Below, piece by piece: positions 38,801 through 50,095 of a stretch of DNA of 64,000 nt. Numbering within the stretch: the first letter of the stretch is position 1; every line of letters starts with the position of its first letter. The notes beneath the pieces are model-generated. The model was not told the origin of the DNA and made no database searches. It worked only from the letters and a program-made list of their open reading frames with translations. The translations under genes were made by a program, and so were the position numbers. This DNA is from Phoronis australis (lineage: Eukaryota; Animalia; Phoronida), in the NCBI GenBank assembly GCA_002633005.1, contig NMRA01000134.1:309077-373076 (forward strand), in the 5' to 3' direction.

Positions 38801-41800
38801 AGAGAATTGTTCGTGCATTGTTTCATGTAATACATCACAGATCCATTCAGCAGTACATTATCACAATTATGTGATTCTGTTTGCAGATTTCTGGATTAAA
38901 CTTACATTACATTTGTTTAAAAAATTTCAAATATTACACACTGCACTTGCTGACGGATAAATATTTATAGTAAATTGTTAACACTTTTTGGTATATTATT
39001 TCAATATTCAGTTTTCATTCAGTGGTCATGACAAGAATTCTCCTTTGACACCCTCACTGGTCAAGATTGGGCAGCTCATCTGCTTTGCACACCTCAAAAT
39101 TTGCTGGTATTAACCAAAGACATCATGCTGTTATAGTTAATTACATTGCCTTAGGCTGCTGATGTTATCGTTCTCTAGGTAGTCAGACCCATCATAACCT
39201 CACTGGGGGCGACAATAGTATTTTTAAATTTTTGTTTTGAAAGGTTTTAAATAGCATGTTTAAATACTTCATGAAAACTACAAACTGTGATTAGGTTTTT
39301 GAATTTTAAAATTGGACAAGAAATGTGACTTTTAGAACCTATAAGGTTTGTATAATGCTGTCACAGTATGTCCCTTATAATTGGGCTAATTACCAAACGA
39401 CCAGGCAGCAGTTGGATTTTGAGGTAACCCAAATGTCATCGAACAATTTTTGACGTGGTACAAATATTGAGCTTGTACTTCTGAGTTCTCAGGTGTGGTG
39501 AAAGTTTAAAAAGTTTTCCAGAATGGACTTCAGAAAATGTTCCTTTTCTACCTTTTACACATTGCGTTTTGTGTTTTCAACAGCGAAGATCAAAGGAGAT
39601 CCGGCCATGGATCACGTACTCAGTAAGTACAGTCGCAGCCTCGCAAAAACTCAGACTTATCTGGAATCTTATGTTTCACTGTTTTCTAATTTTCTTTTTG
39701 AATTGTTTCATCTGTAAATAGGAAGAAAAAGGGAGCGGCAGACTCTTCGTAAGTAGTAACTTTGCATGATTTCTCCATCTTCAAACAGGCGTATGTTAGT
39801 TTGTCATCTGTTTGCAGTGTCACAGCATGTTTGTATTGGATGTTTTGTATAGTAAGTTGGGTAGTGACCATAATAATATTGTGCTGCCTGTACTTTTGTG
39901 TCATTACCAGGCAATTATTTAAAATATGTGGCATTTTTACTTTTTGAAAAATTTCGCAAACACTCTCTTGTGAAAATTAAATGGGCCCCATTTGTTCTGT
40001 AGATGCAAGAATTTCTCGAAAATGCAAGATCACACAATTCTGCGAGATATCGCCATGCATTACAAGTGAAACACAGTGTCACACTAGCTTTCCTCACCAT
40101 TCATTGCCACGGAGGCTCGTGGTAATGAACTCTGGAATTTTTTATATTTCTACAATTATACACAAAACCGCCTTAGGCCTCACCAGACTTCTGTGATCTC
40201 ACATGACTCAGACTAATCACTCATGTATTCATTGCATCATCAACACAATAGCTGAAGTAGCATATTTGTAAAATATATGAACATGGCAATTAAAATAGTT
40301 ATCGTTAATGCTCTTGCTTATTTTCTCATTGCTTAGATAACAACACTATTATCAATGGAGGAAGAATACCTAAACAAGTTTGACCTGTTTGAATAGTGAC
40401 TCGAAGTTGACGCTGAACTTGTCACATCAGTATATGAAAAGTACTAATCGCAGGATTTTTTCATTTCAAGGCTGTTCCCAACTAAATTTTTGTTCTACTG
40501 TCAAATCTGGCAGCAACGTTCAGACACAGGCTAGATCTTATTAATATTGCGGTTTGTAAGCTATGGTGCATTTGACGAGATTCATTTCTCGAAAGTCACA
40601 CACTAACATTCCTGCATAGATCCTAACAACCTCGCTATTCATACCAATTGTGAGGGCATCTTATGGAGATTCCTTGGCAATGTGTCTTTGTTCTGTAGAA
40701 TGCAGGCCTGGTAACTTCAGTTCACAATGAATACGCCGGGTAATCTCCTTGGATCCACATTTGTGGATGAATTTGACAGGATGTCACACATGGTCTATGC
40801 AAAATATGAAATGCAGTTACAGCAATACACATGGTATATACAATAAACACATGGTATATACAATATACACATGGTATATACAATATACGCATGGTATATA
40901 CAATACACGCATGGTATATACAATATATGCATGGTATATACAATATACGCTTGGTATATACAATATACGCATGGTATATACAATATATGCATGGTATGTA
41001 CAATATACACATGGTATATACAATATACGCATGGTATATACAATATACACATGGTATATACAATATACACAATGTTGTTATGGACACTACACATGGTGTA
41101 TACAATATATGGAATGTTAATTTGTCCAACAGTTGACAAAAGGGCCTTATTGACAGGGGTCTTATAAACATTGGATTCTGAAATATTTAAGTGCAGTAGG
41201 CACATATAGGTGTTAATTGATATGGAAATATACAGCTTGATGCATGGTAGATCTCCACCTAGATTATTCAGTTCTGTCGTGTCTTACTCTGGTTTTGCAA
41301 TTACTTCATCTTGCTTATGAATCGTCACTTGTCTTTTTGAATCCTATGAGCCTGGCTCTTAAAATGCAATCCCATGCAATAATTTAAAGTGAAATGTGTG
41401 TGTTTTCTGATAGAAGCATCTAAAACTTTTATTTGATTTGTGTGCAGATCATTCTCACTCTCTAGTCCATGTCTGCATGTTATGTCACTTTTAAGTTGGA
41501 TGACATCTGTTAACATTTCGAAATAACTTGGATTGAATTTCATTTCAAAGTTAGTTTCCCCATTAGCCTTGTCATTATCCCTACCTGACTGTGCACACAC
41601 CTGTGCTATCTAGCCTCCTACTAAACAGTTGAACTACCTATCCTGGTCATCATGTTTTCGTAACTGCCCTACATGTATTTAGGCCCACATGCCTGTATTT
41701 AAAATAATGTTTCCTCATGCCTTGTTCTAATGCTTTGCATGTATTAAGTGCCTTAGCTTCACATAGAACTGAGGTGGTTCTACCTAATCGTGTATGCAGA

Positions 41801-43707
41801 CGTCTTGAATTGGGCGTCTCAGTACCTTTCATTAAGTTGGCTATAAACCCCACTTTCTGTCATAAAAACAGATGTTGATGAATTTGGTCTAAGATTTTTC
41901 AAACTAGGTGTGATTTGGGCTTGGAAAGAGCCGACAATTTATTACTTGAGACGAGGCTCTAGGGGTTGACAATATTATCACGGTGTGTTGACGCCAAACA
42001 TGGTCTTGAGAAGTAACGAGTTGTCAACTCTTTGTAAGACCAAAAATCACTTGTTATCTGAGTAAGCAACAAATTAAATCCAGTTATATCATGATAAATG
42101 TTAAATGTCAAAGTTTCTTGGAAGGAACACAGTTTTGCCACTTTAAGAAGATGGTGACTTGAATATACGCCAGCATATCCCATTTTTCAAAAAATTAGTC
42201 CAGATTCATTCGTACACTATTACGAAAAGTTGCTTATATGGTTTGTGCTTAGCACTACTTTAGATAGGTAAGCTGCAAGTTGTACTGTGAGTGGATGAGC
42301 AGCTTTTTGTACTTTGGTGAATGAACAGCAAATTAAACTGGTAGCCATTGTTTTTCCAGATTCGACCGACTCTCAGACAAATACTCCCAAGCTCCTGTAA
42401 GTATATACTTAGACTTAGTTATAGAATTTAGACTTACACTCGCTGTTGGCACATCTATTCTACAAATGTTTAGTCACAATCCATCGCATCTTTCTGTGTT
42501 TCTTATGCCATCTGAGACAGAATAGTCAAAAGAGCCTAGTATTTTTATAGAGACCAGGAATTCACTGTACTACCACTGCAGGTCTATCAGTAACACACTA
42601 GCGGCTTCAGCTTGTTTTCTTTAATTTTCAAAACATGTCATTCTAACACATAAATGAAGCAAGATCCAAAATGTTGCAGTTAGGTGAGGTCAAAGGGTTT
42701 ATCTTTCTGCGTTATCGAGCCATCGTGAAAAGACTTCGCCCAGTTATGGCAGTGACGCTCCCAGCATGCAATAGTCCAAATAAAAATGATTATGAAGTCA
42801 TTATTTGTGCTTGTTCATGTTGAAGGTAAGGTATGTAATAAGCATTAGGAACAGTTTACAAATGTCACAATTTATACGAATATACAAAATCCATGCTTTT
42901 CCCAACCCCTCCCCCCTCGATTGTGTGTAGAAAAATATTGATATTTTTGTTAACCCGAACTGTAATGTGCGTTGTTTTAGTCCATCACTTGTAAACATTT
43001 TTTCATGCATTTTTGAAACGTCAAAAGCAGTAAATCCACCGTTTACCTTCTTGGAGCGGCGTACATTTTGTCCAATGAAAACACCAATAAGTGTGAACAC
43101 ACCATTTAGTATGTTGCATTTAATTGGAGCTTAACTCGGGTTTCTGAATTGGCTCATCATATACACTGTATCATGTTGTGCTCCAGGAACTGTGTTGACA
43201 CGGTTTGAGGCTGTTCACTTATTCGCATTTTTTATTGTTATTTTGTGATTCTTGTTGTTAATTGTCAATATCTGAATGCACAGTCGAGTGGGGCAGTTGT
43301 AAAGTGTAATACAGTCTGTTATGCACTGTTTTTAGTAATACATTGTTTAGCTGCATGACTGAATTTGCATGTGACCTTCTTGTGCCTGTTTTACAGCCGC
43401 AGGTGGCGCTAGCTAACAAATATGAGCGGAACTTGGACCGGAGATCCTTCAAAGACAAGCTGGCAATATTTGGCAACTAGTCAGGTAATTCTAACCATTT
43501 AACGCTGCCAGTTGTACCCATTAATTGATACAATTTGGTCTCTGTTCTCGTTTGCAGCCCAAAATTATGATGTTCAGCAAGTACGAACGACAGACAGATC
43601 TACGGAAATTCGGCGAGCGGATGTCAGTATTTCAAAGTGACACCAAAAACAAGCCTGAAGTGGCACCACCAGCAAATGCCGAAGAAGCCCCAGCTGGCGA
43701 TGAATAA
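10161..43707 (+). CDS. TnT: Troponin T (invertebrate type), spliced gene, ~267-302 aa depending on isoform
   Basis: Phase-consistent GT-AG exons: 10161-10171, 13748-13781, 18796-18909, 25181-25267, 29879-30025, 37641-37862, 38723-38763, [39584-39622], 39722-39748, 42360-42396, then 43397-43480 or 43558-43707. The product has an E/R/K coiled coil and recognisable TnT motifs: PNYVIVKK, KSKEQLEAEKKAILSQRV, LESEKYDLEQRFKKQQLEMMDLSERARQMNKG, FDRLSDKYSQAPPKIMMFSKYER. Confidence 0.93.
13748..13781 (+). CDS. TnT: TnT exon (DMSEVETVAYE); contains a possible alternative ATG
   Basis: tttacag acceptor, gtgagt donor, in frame with both neighbours. Confidence 0.75.
14872..15351. mobile_element. PIF/Harbinger-like MITE
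   Basis: ggggcctgtcatact ... gtatgaaaaggcc termini; subterminal cagt(a/g)tgaa repeats; TWA-like flanks. Confidence 0.65.
15846..15995. mobile_element. hAT-like MITE, same family as 5342-5524
   Basis: cagtggc...ccacccctg; TSD GCTTA on both sides; shared internal ctgacgggcaaaat segment. Confidence 0.8.
18796..18909 (+). CDS. TnT: TnT exon LKHKREENDEELL...IMKEKS
   Basis: aatag acceptor, gtgagt donor, 38 codons, charged coiled coil. Confidence 0.88.
19301..19371. repeat. 11-bp minisatellite ctgaacacaaa, ~6 copies
   Basis: Direct reading. Confidence 0.9.
22684..24334 (+). mobile_element. Helentron/HINE (DINE-1-like) non-autonomous element with internal ~150-bp satellite
   Basis: T-rich 5' end, short inverted repeat (cccacatatttatatgtgg), GTCC-like microsatellite, ~10 diverged tandem units, 3' end ...gcgcatttcaacactccgctttgctcttgtt. 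Homologous to 54823-55999 (inverted). Confidence 0.75.
24378..24535. repeat. 18-bp minisatellite (gtgcacaccagt(a/g)ttgag)
   Basis: Direct reading; lies just downstream of the HINE 3' end. Confidence 0.85.
25181..25267 (+). CDS. TnT: TnT exon AERRRQRAEEERQL...FRAEE
   Basis: ttatag acceptor, gtgagg donor, 29 codons. Confidence 0.9.
26640..29640 (-). mobile_element. Decayed non-LTR retrotransposon (CR1/L2-type ORF2), antisense in a TnT intron
   Basis: Frameshifted pieces: PDHSVL (end of APE domain), KAKNNKAVGYDCI, GFRQRGVLSLTFFALYINDL, LYADNIALL, YKYLGCILD, ERSLLAHRAGNQPLHLETGR. Boundaries approximate. Confidence 0.88.
27934..28104. repeat. 27-bp tandem repeat x6.3 inside the LINE RT
   Basis: aatattgtcagcataaagaggcattga; copies appear identical. 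Confidence 0.97.
29754..29846. repeat. (TTA/TTG)n microsatellite ~30 nt upstream of a TnT acceptor
   Basis: Direct reading. Confidence 0.97.
29879..30025 (+). CDS. TnT: TnT exon AEKKREKE...GRPNYVIVKKTRNNEEN
   Basis: ttctag acceptor, gtgaga donor; PN(F/Y)VIxKK motif of invertebrate TnT. Confidence 0.92.
31258..31424. repeat. ~18-21-bp minisatellite tttgcccatattatttat
   Basis: Direct reading. Confidence 0.9.
31570..32650. mobile_element. Internally deleted DNA transposon remnant with THAP (-) and SWIM-like (+) fragments
   Basis: Minus 32511-32267: MKRCVCRGCSN...SLFKFPK...W..FV..TR.W.../CEPHF, a THAP domain with a frameshift. Plus ~32041-32175: PYPPI*NLIISDDKGYIKPGSCYCHDG../KH. Boundaries approximate. 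Confidence 0.6.
35155..35263 (-). mobile_element. Diverged copy of the tRNA-derived SINE
   Basis: ttaaaactgagctgaggagct...ggtctagcagtgtg...gactcgagtccacgacc matches 44428-44560. Confidence 0.7.
35553..36022. mobile_element. Fold-back MITE with 5-bp TSD
   Basis: caaggtacct...aggtgccttg; long internal inverted arms; TSD AAAGT. Confidence 0.85.
37641..37862 (+). CDS. TnT: TnT core troponin-domain exon
   Basis: tttcag acceptor, gtgagt donor; MDNVVKAKEDMAKSKEQLEAEKKAILSQRV...LESEKYDLEQRFKKQQLE. Confidence 0.95.
38723..38763 (+). CDS. TnT: TnT exon MMDLSERARQMNKG
   Basis: ttacag acceptor, gtaagt donor, phase 0-2. Confidence 0.92.
39584..39622 (+). CDS. TnT: Putative 39-nt TnT cassette microexon (EDQRRSGHGSRT)
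   Basis: ttttcaacag acceptor, gtaagt donor, phase 2-2, open frame. Confidence 0.6.
39722..39748 (+). CDS. TnT: 27-nt TnT microexon (KKKGAADSS)
   Basis: aaatag acceptor, gtaagt donor, phase 2-2. Confidence 0.75.
40823..41112. repeat. 20-bp minisatellite atggtatatacaatatac(a/g)c, ~13 copies
   Basis: Direct reading; explains the overlapping spurious ORFs here. Confidence 0.96.
42360..42396 (+). CDS. TnT: TnT exon FDRLSDKYSQAP
   Basis: ttttccag acceptor, gtaagt donor, phase 2-0. Confidence 0.9.
43397..43480 (+). CDS. TnT: TnT alternative C-terminal exon A (PQVALANKYERNLDRRSFKDKLAIFGN*)
   Basis: ttttacag acceptor; TAG at 43478-43480; donor cag|gtaatt at 43485; homologous to exon B. Confidence 0.85.
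   Translation, partial: PQVALANKYERNLDRRSFKDKLAIFGN
43558..43707 (+). CDS. TnT: TnT alternative C-terminal exon B (PKIMMFSKYERQTDLRKFGERMSVFQ...AGDE*)
   Basis: tttgcag acceptor; PKIxxxSKYER motif; TAA ends at 43707. Confidence 0.9.
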   Translation, partial: PKIMMFSKYERQTDLRKFGERMSVFQSDTKNKPEVAPPANAEEAPAGDE

Positions 43708-44427
43708 CAGATATTGCCACCAGGTGATCTGGCATCCACACAGCATGATGGGATTGATGCTTCCATTTTGTTTGCCATTGCGGCAGAACTAACACACAAC
43801 TGCGGTTGATAATCTCCAGTGTCTCCACACTTGACAGCATGTGTGTCAGATCAAGAGGCATGTTGTTTGACAGGATGAAGTAGTGTTGAAGCTCGAAATC
43901 TCTCCAGACATTTGATAATTGGAAAACTGCATTTAGACTGCTTGTGTACCCATCAATGCTTTACAGTCACTTTCACTGTACTTTCCATTGATTGTGTAAC
44001 AGTCGGTTACCTAACAAAATGCACCTTCTGCATTTTTGAAGCCACCTGCCCCCACTTATTTTCAGTGCTCAATTTTTGTTTAGCTCATTCTAAAAGTTCA
44101 ATTTTTTGCCCATCAAAGTCAGTGCTATCTGCTCTGTGCAAGAACTGATTGTACATTATTACTTAGAACTGACAGCACATTACTTGTTAGAGCTCTTGGC
44201 AAGTAAATGTGAAGTCATAGTATGGCTGTTGTCTGTCTTGGAGCAAGTTAGTTCTCTAGCTAAAACTACATGGAATTGCGTGATCCCAAGTTCTTTGTGG
44301 CTTCAATCTCTAGTGATACATTTTTTTTAATTGTAGGCGGTCTAGTACACGTTGTACCAGACGTGCGCAGGCGGCGCATGTGGGCCCATTGCACTGATTG
44401 CCTGGAAATATTTTTGTGCTTTATTGA

Positions 44428-44560
44428 TATATAGTTAAAACCGAGCTGAGGAGCTAGAAACCTGACTCAAGGGTCTAGCAGTGTGGCCCAGTGGGACTCG
44501 AACCCACGACCTCGAGTAAAGAAGGCGGGCACCATCACACTAGGCCACACTGCCTCCTCT
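44428..44560 (-). mobile_element. Short tRNA-derived SINE
   Basis: Minus strand: A box TGGCCTAGTG, B box GGTTCGAGTCC, short tail ending TTTT; second copy at 35155-35263. Confidence 0.75.
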
Positions 44561-47500
44561 TTGGGTAGATTTCATGTTTTCATTGTTTGTCTAGAGAGTA
44601 GCATTTTAGTTTATCTAACAGGAACAGCATTGAAAGTAAAACAGACACCAGGGTGCAGCATCAGTTGCCCATGAGCAAATTGTGTTGCAGTGGTGTAGAA
44701 GCAGTGCACTCTGGTGTTGTTTGTAGGGATAGTTCAGAAAGTGTGACGTCACCCTAGTGGGGTAGTCAAAGGGGTTCCACCATCTTGGTTCTACCTCTTG
44801 CCACTTCTCTATGGGAAATTACATTGAGTCAATAATTTTAACTTAAAAATCGGTAGCTAAACTCTGTTTTAGACACATGATTAAACTGCTAATCTTTTAA
44901 GTTCACAGATGCTGTGAGCTTAAAGCTATTTTTTGAAATTTTCCTGCAGCATGTTAGTGTAAGGGAATAGGTGACAGCCATATGGGTTTGTCTTCAGTTT
45001 GGAGTAGCCGCAAGGAGTCACTTTCGGTCTCTGTTCCTGGATAGCGCACTACATAGATTCACTGCAATCTACCACTTTTTGTCCAAGTTTCAGGTTTGAA
45101 GTGTGTCGATGTTTTCACTGCATGACGACTGATTTAACCAGCATGTTTTGAATGTGCAAACATATTGTGTCCAGCAAATTCATGTTTTTGTTGCAGATGT
45201 GCTGGCCATGTATTAAACTTGTACAACTGTTTTGCCATTTGTTTTGCTTGAAAAAAAAAAAAAACAGTCAGGAAGCACTTGCTTGTTTTTTAATGTTTGA
45301 TTGTTGGCATTATTTGTAGTGTATTTGAATGGTTCACATACAGTCTGTGACGAATGTAACCAGACAAGATACCATGTTGCCGTCATGACTACTTATACAT
45401 TTAAGAGCAAAATGACTTGAAATGACTTGTTTGGTGAGAAAATGATTTTTATGGTGAGAAAATTCTTCTTACAGAATGGCTTAGCAACATTTTTAACTTG
45501 ACTTTAATACACCTACATTCTCAGTCATGAGCAACGCTACTGTCACAGTGAATTTGGTTTGTACACAGCTGTCATCAAAATGACGGGGAAATTCTCGGTA
45601 ATTTGCTCTGAATACTTTTGGTTATGTAATGCAGAGCAATGTTAGATGTTGTGCTGCATATGACTATTAAATTTTCAGTGTGCCAACAAACTATCTGTTG
45701 AAAAATGTGATGGAAGATTCAGATCTAGCTGTATATATATTCTTGGAAATTTCCCCATTTAGACTGCTTCTTTCTGGTCTTTATTTTATAGATTTGATTT
45801 GATAACTTATTGATCTTGTGATACATGCGAGTGAACAGTCAAAATATCCACTCCATCGTTTTAACTCAAAAGCTACTCATGTAAAGATTGCTGTCATAAG
45901 TGTGCCTTCTGGATCGAAAGTTGTGCGACATCTGGACTAAATATAATTTGTGCTCGTGAGCGGTTGCATGTGCTACAGGTGCTGTCTAGTTTCTACTTTT
46001 GAATCGGACATAAGGGGTAACTTGACACTGTAAAAATATCATTGTCAATTAAGTTATTGGTCAACAATATATTGACATTGACTGATTGTTGTCGATAATT
46101 AAATATGTAATATTTTTCTTACTTTTAGCTGGAGTCCATGTTTTACCAGGAATGGACAATACACTTGTGGACTTTGGAATGGACATTTAGTGCACTTATG
46201 TTATTAAACTGCGTAAAGCATGTGTCGAAAGGAGACATCACAGACCGGTCACCAGCTGAGCTTAAGTTTGTAATATGTTCAATATTTATTGGATTAGCAT
46301 TGGAAATTGCAAAGGATGTTACAAAGATTACCTTCCATCTCGTACACTGTCCGATTGTCTGCAGGAATGTATGATAGTCATCCCAGATGGAACTTTTCTG
46401 TTTGCTCTGGGAGCTTCAACAGGTGCTTGACAGTTTTATCAACTGTTTTTCCAGTTTTTATGAACATATACTTTATTTTATGCATCTCCTTGTTAATCCA
46501 TTTTCTACTCCCAGGACAATTATAATTGACCCCGCTTTGACGCCACCCAAAGACACAATGGTCTAGATTTAGAGAAAACTAGCTTGAAGCTGAGAGACTA
46601 GTTTAAGCTCTGTACATAGATGTAACACAGTGTAGAGCATTTAGTCTGTAACACTGTGTCCACCCTCATGACTAACCCCGTAGACCAAACAACCCCCGTC
46701 TCGTATAGGGGGTGTGGAGTGAACTGTTGAGAATTTTTGAACAAGAAATTTTTGGGAAGAATTTCATTTAATGTGTTGTAAATGTACAAACTTTAATGAT
46801 GAATACATCCTTGTCTCAAATATTATATTCTTGTGTATGACAAAATACATAACCATTATTTTTCTTGGTGTATTCAAGAAAGGAAAAAAATAGTATCTGT
46901 AGTGTACAAGTAGAATTATAACAGACAAAAATAACATGCAAAATCCCCATTCTAGAACATATCAAATCTAAGTGAAAGTGTCATATTCTTTTTTGACTAT
47001 ACACTTAAACCTCACAGTATTCGTAAGTAAAGGTCATTAACACCATTCAGAAAACCAGAACAAACTCACACTTGGTGGGACATCACTTAGGGATTCATAT
47101 TATTGGTTGAATTATGACGCGATATGGGCTTTTATGACTGCCTCAGGTCTGTACTCCAACATAATTATGAACCTGTGGTGCTGACACCTAAAAATTACAA
47201 TACTTGGAGTGGCATAATTGTTAAATGACTCGTGTTTACTTTTCTGGGTCCCCAAAACTAGTAGGCCAGGGCACGCTTTCAGAAATAGGTAGCTTATAAT
47301 CAGAAATTGTATTCTAAGTAGTGATGACTGTTCGACAAGTTGCATTTACAAATCAAAAAAACCTGCCAAGAGGGTGTTTAAAGCTACCAACTGAACTGAT
47401 GCCCAACTGCCGTGCATAAAGCCTTTAAATGCTCATTCTGGACAGATGCCCCTTATTTTGGGAGACCAAGAGACGTAAATCTGAAATGTGCAATTCTTTC

Positions 47501-49370
47501 ATCTCACTCTTATTAACCACATAATTTCATCTATCAGGGAGATACACTGAGTGAATAAAGTTCTCTGTACAGACAAAAATCCATGCATTTCCACCCGTTT
47601 AGCAGGCTAAAAATCGAAATGGGCTTTTTACATTCATTTGGTACAATCGGTTTAATGTTCCTTGCCATGATAGGATGTCGTTTCCATTGCCAACTCGAGT
47701 TACAGGCAACACAGACGTGCGCCAATTTCAAATTTGCAATTTTAAAGTTGGCCAACACCAAAAACCTCTAAAGCATTTTGACGGTCTTTTTGGTAACAAA
47801 TAGAATCATACCAATGTACAGGAATATGGGACCTATTTTATGTAAATAAAAATCTTAATTTGATTTTCCCTTTTTTGTTAGCTAAGCAGGACAAAATGCA
47901 CTGCGCTTTGATGTTTTTGTATCCTACTGGAATCTTTGTCCAAGATGGGGAAATATTTTCCCAGTCCATTCTAGACGGAGATTCCAATGGATCACTTGCA
48001 ATCAGAGAGTCTGTTTACATCAAGAAAGCTGGCAATCTGGGACTCTGGACAATATCATCATGACTATAAAGTACAATTGTATAACGAGTCCTTGTCAACC
48101 AATCAGATTCATTGACCCTTGTCATGACATGACACCCCAACCCAACGCAACATTAGTCTGAGAATGCATGCTGACAAGAGAAACCAAATACAAACAATGG
48201 TACCAGAAATTTCGTCTGAAGAAAAAAAACTTATTCACTGTCTCACTACTATTATCAGAACTAACCAACCTCACACAAAATCCCTGATAAAAGAAGGCTT
48301 ATTTATGACTTAGTATTCCAATACACAAATTCACTTAGCTCCTATGGAATTGCACTTGCTCTATCCAAAGGTGAGACTACAGATTAATTTTGGGTTTGTA
48401 TTCAGACTAGTTTTTTACCAAAGGTATACATGGACATTCGTGAATTTAACAACTGCAACATTGACGTTCATTTTCGGGTTTCACTTTCGTGAAAAACTGG
48501 AATTGAACAAATTAAGACAATTGGACAAAGACAAATGAACAGCTACAACAAGAATTACTCAAGTTACAGTGGATTTAGAGACTATCCAGAGATTCAATAA
48601 ATGAACTCCACTCCATCTGTACTGTAACTTACTTACTCTATTGAAGTGAGACCTCGAAATTTTTATGCAAAAGAACTACGAAGTTAGTGCTGCACATAGC
48701 TAAATAAGTATCCTTGAAAATAAGTACGGTAAACTTTCCTCAAATTCAAACAAAATCACAGCCATAGCTTTCATTTTTCAAATGCTCACTGTAGCGACCA
48801 AAAGTTCATTGTGTATTTCTTGCTCACAGCTATACTATACAAAGTTTTCTAATAACCTAGTAAAATTGTCTTCTAGTGAAAAATTTTGATAAAAAAAACT
48901 TTACTGTTCCACCATTTTGTGTTCTAATTGGAAGTAACTTTACTGTATTTGGTAAATGGTGCATTCAACAAGCCTTTCTACATGTCATGGTGTGTGCCCA
49001 CTATGAAACAAACAGCTGGACATGGTCCAACTTATGCATAACTTGAAACTCTTTGGCCTAACAATATTGCTCACAGTTTTGTAAGTTCAAATGTATGAAA
49101 ATATGTCACAAACCAAAAACATCTCTAAACATATTTATGTAACATCACTTTCTGTTATGCCAGCACTTTTCAAAGCTTCTGATTAAGGGAGTAGTTTTTC
49201 TACTTCATTCAATACACTCCACAGTCAATAAACAAACTAACAAAGAATGTATCTTCCATTGTTACTGGTGCAAAAACGCCCCTCCAAAATGTAAATTAGC
49301 AAACTTCCTGACACGTAAAATTATTGCTGACCTGTTTTGTCATTTTGTATTAAATATCTAAAATCTCATT

Positions 49371-50095
49371 TTACACTGGAGGTTCTACATCTTCTGAGCA
49401 AGCGTTATTATTTGCCATCATTTCTTCACCATTAGTCTTTGTGCTGCAGTCTGCAGGTGATTGAGTGTCACTTGTTAACCTTTCACCTTTGTGTACGTCT
49501 GCTTCTATGCTTACTTCAGGCTGCCCACCTTCATCAGCACTGAAAGTCACCTGCCGTCCAGCTTTTTTCCATTTACCAGCGACTTCGGTGTCAGGCTCAC
49601 CTTTGTCACCCACACTATTGGCGTGATTTTTCACAAGTTTTTTACTAAACAGTTTCATGCGTACTATGGTGAAGATATTCAAAGGTTTTCTTTTAGGTCG
49701 TTTTTTCAGTCGTCCGACATACGGATCAGCCTTCGTTGGTTTGATACGTCCATAAATAAGAATCAATGTAATGAACGTGATCCCACCAGCCAGACTAGGA
49801 ATGAAGGCTGTAATCTGAATGCCAATAGGATAATCAAAGAACTTTGAATACATAACCGTGTCCTCAGATGCATAAGTTTTATTTGTGAGTGGATCTGTAT
49901 TGTTGTTCCTCCAATCATACGTCAGCTGGGATTTGTTGAACATGGTAAGCTGGTCGACAACAGTGACAGTGTGGACATGATGCTCTGGATCGGTGTACTG
50001 GCCATAGTCGTATGGGTTGTAAAATACCTGGTTCTTCCACATGTTCAGGTCAAGAATCATCACAATGAAGATTACACCATACTGGAACCATTTAC
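49371..50095 (-). CDS. TMEM117: TMEM117 last coding exon
   Basis: GKWFQYGVIFIVMILDLNMWKNQ...EPPV*. Confidence 0.94.

Noticed and set aside
40722-41205. Six overlapping ORFs of 77-149 aa
   Set aside because: Artefacts of a stop-free 20-bp minisatellite.
44455-44560. tRNA gene
   Set aside because: A and B boxes are present, but there is no convincing cloverleaf, and a second copy shares the non-tRNA tail, so it was called a SINE.
49491-49847. 118-aa plus-strand ORF (also 57200-57559)
   Set aside because: Antisense shadows of TMEM117 exons.
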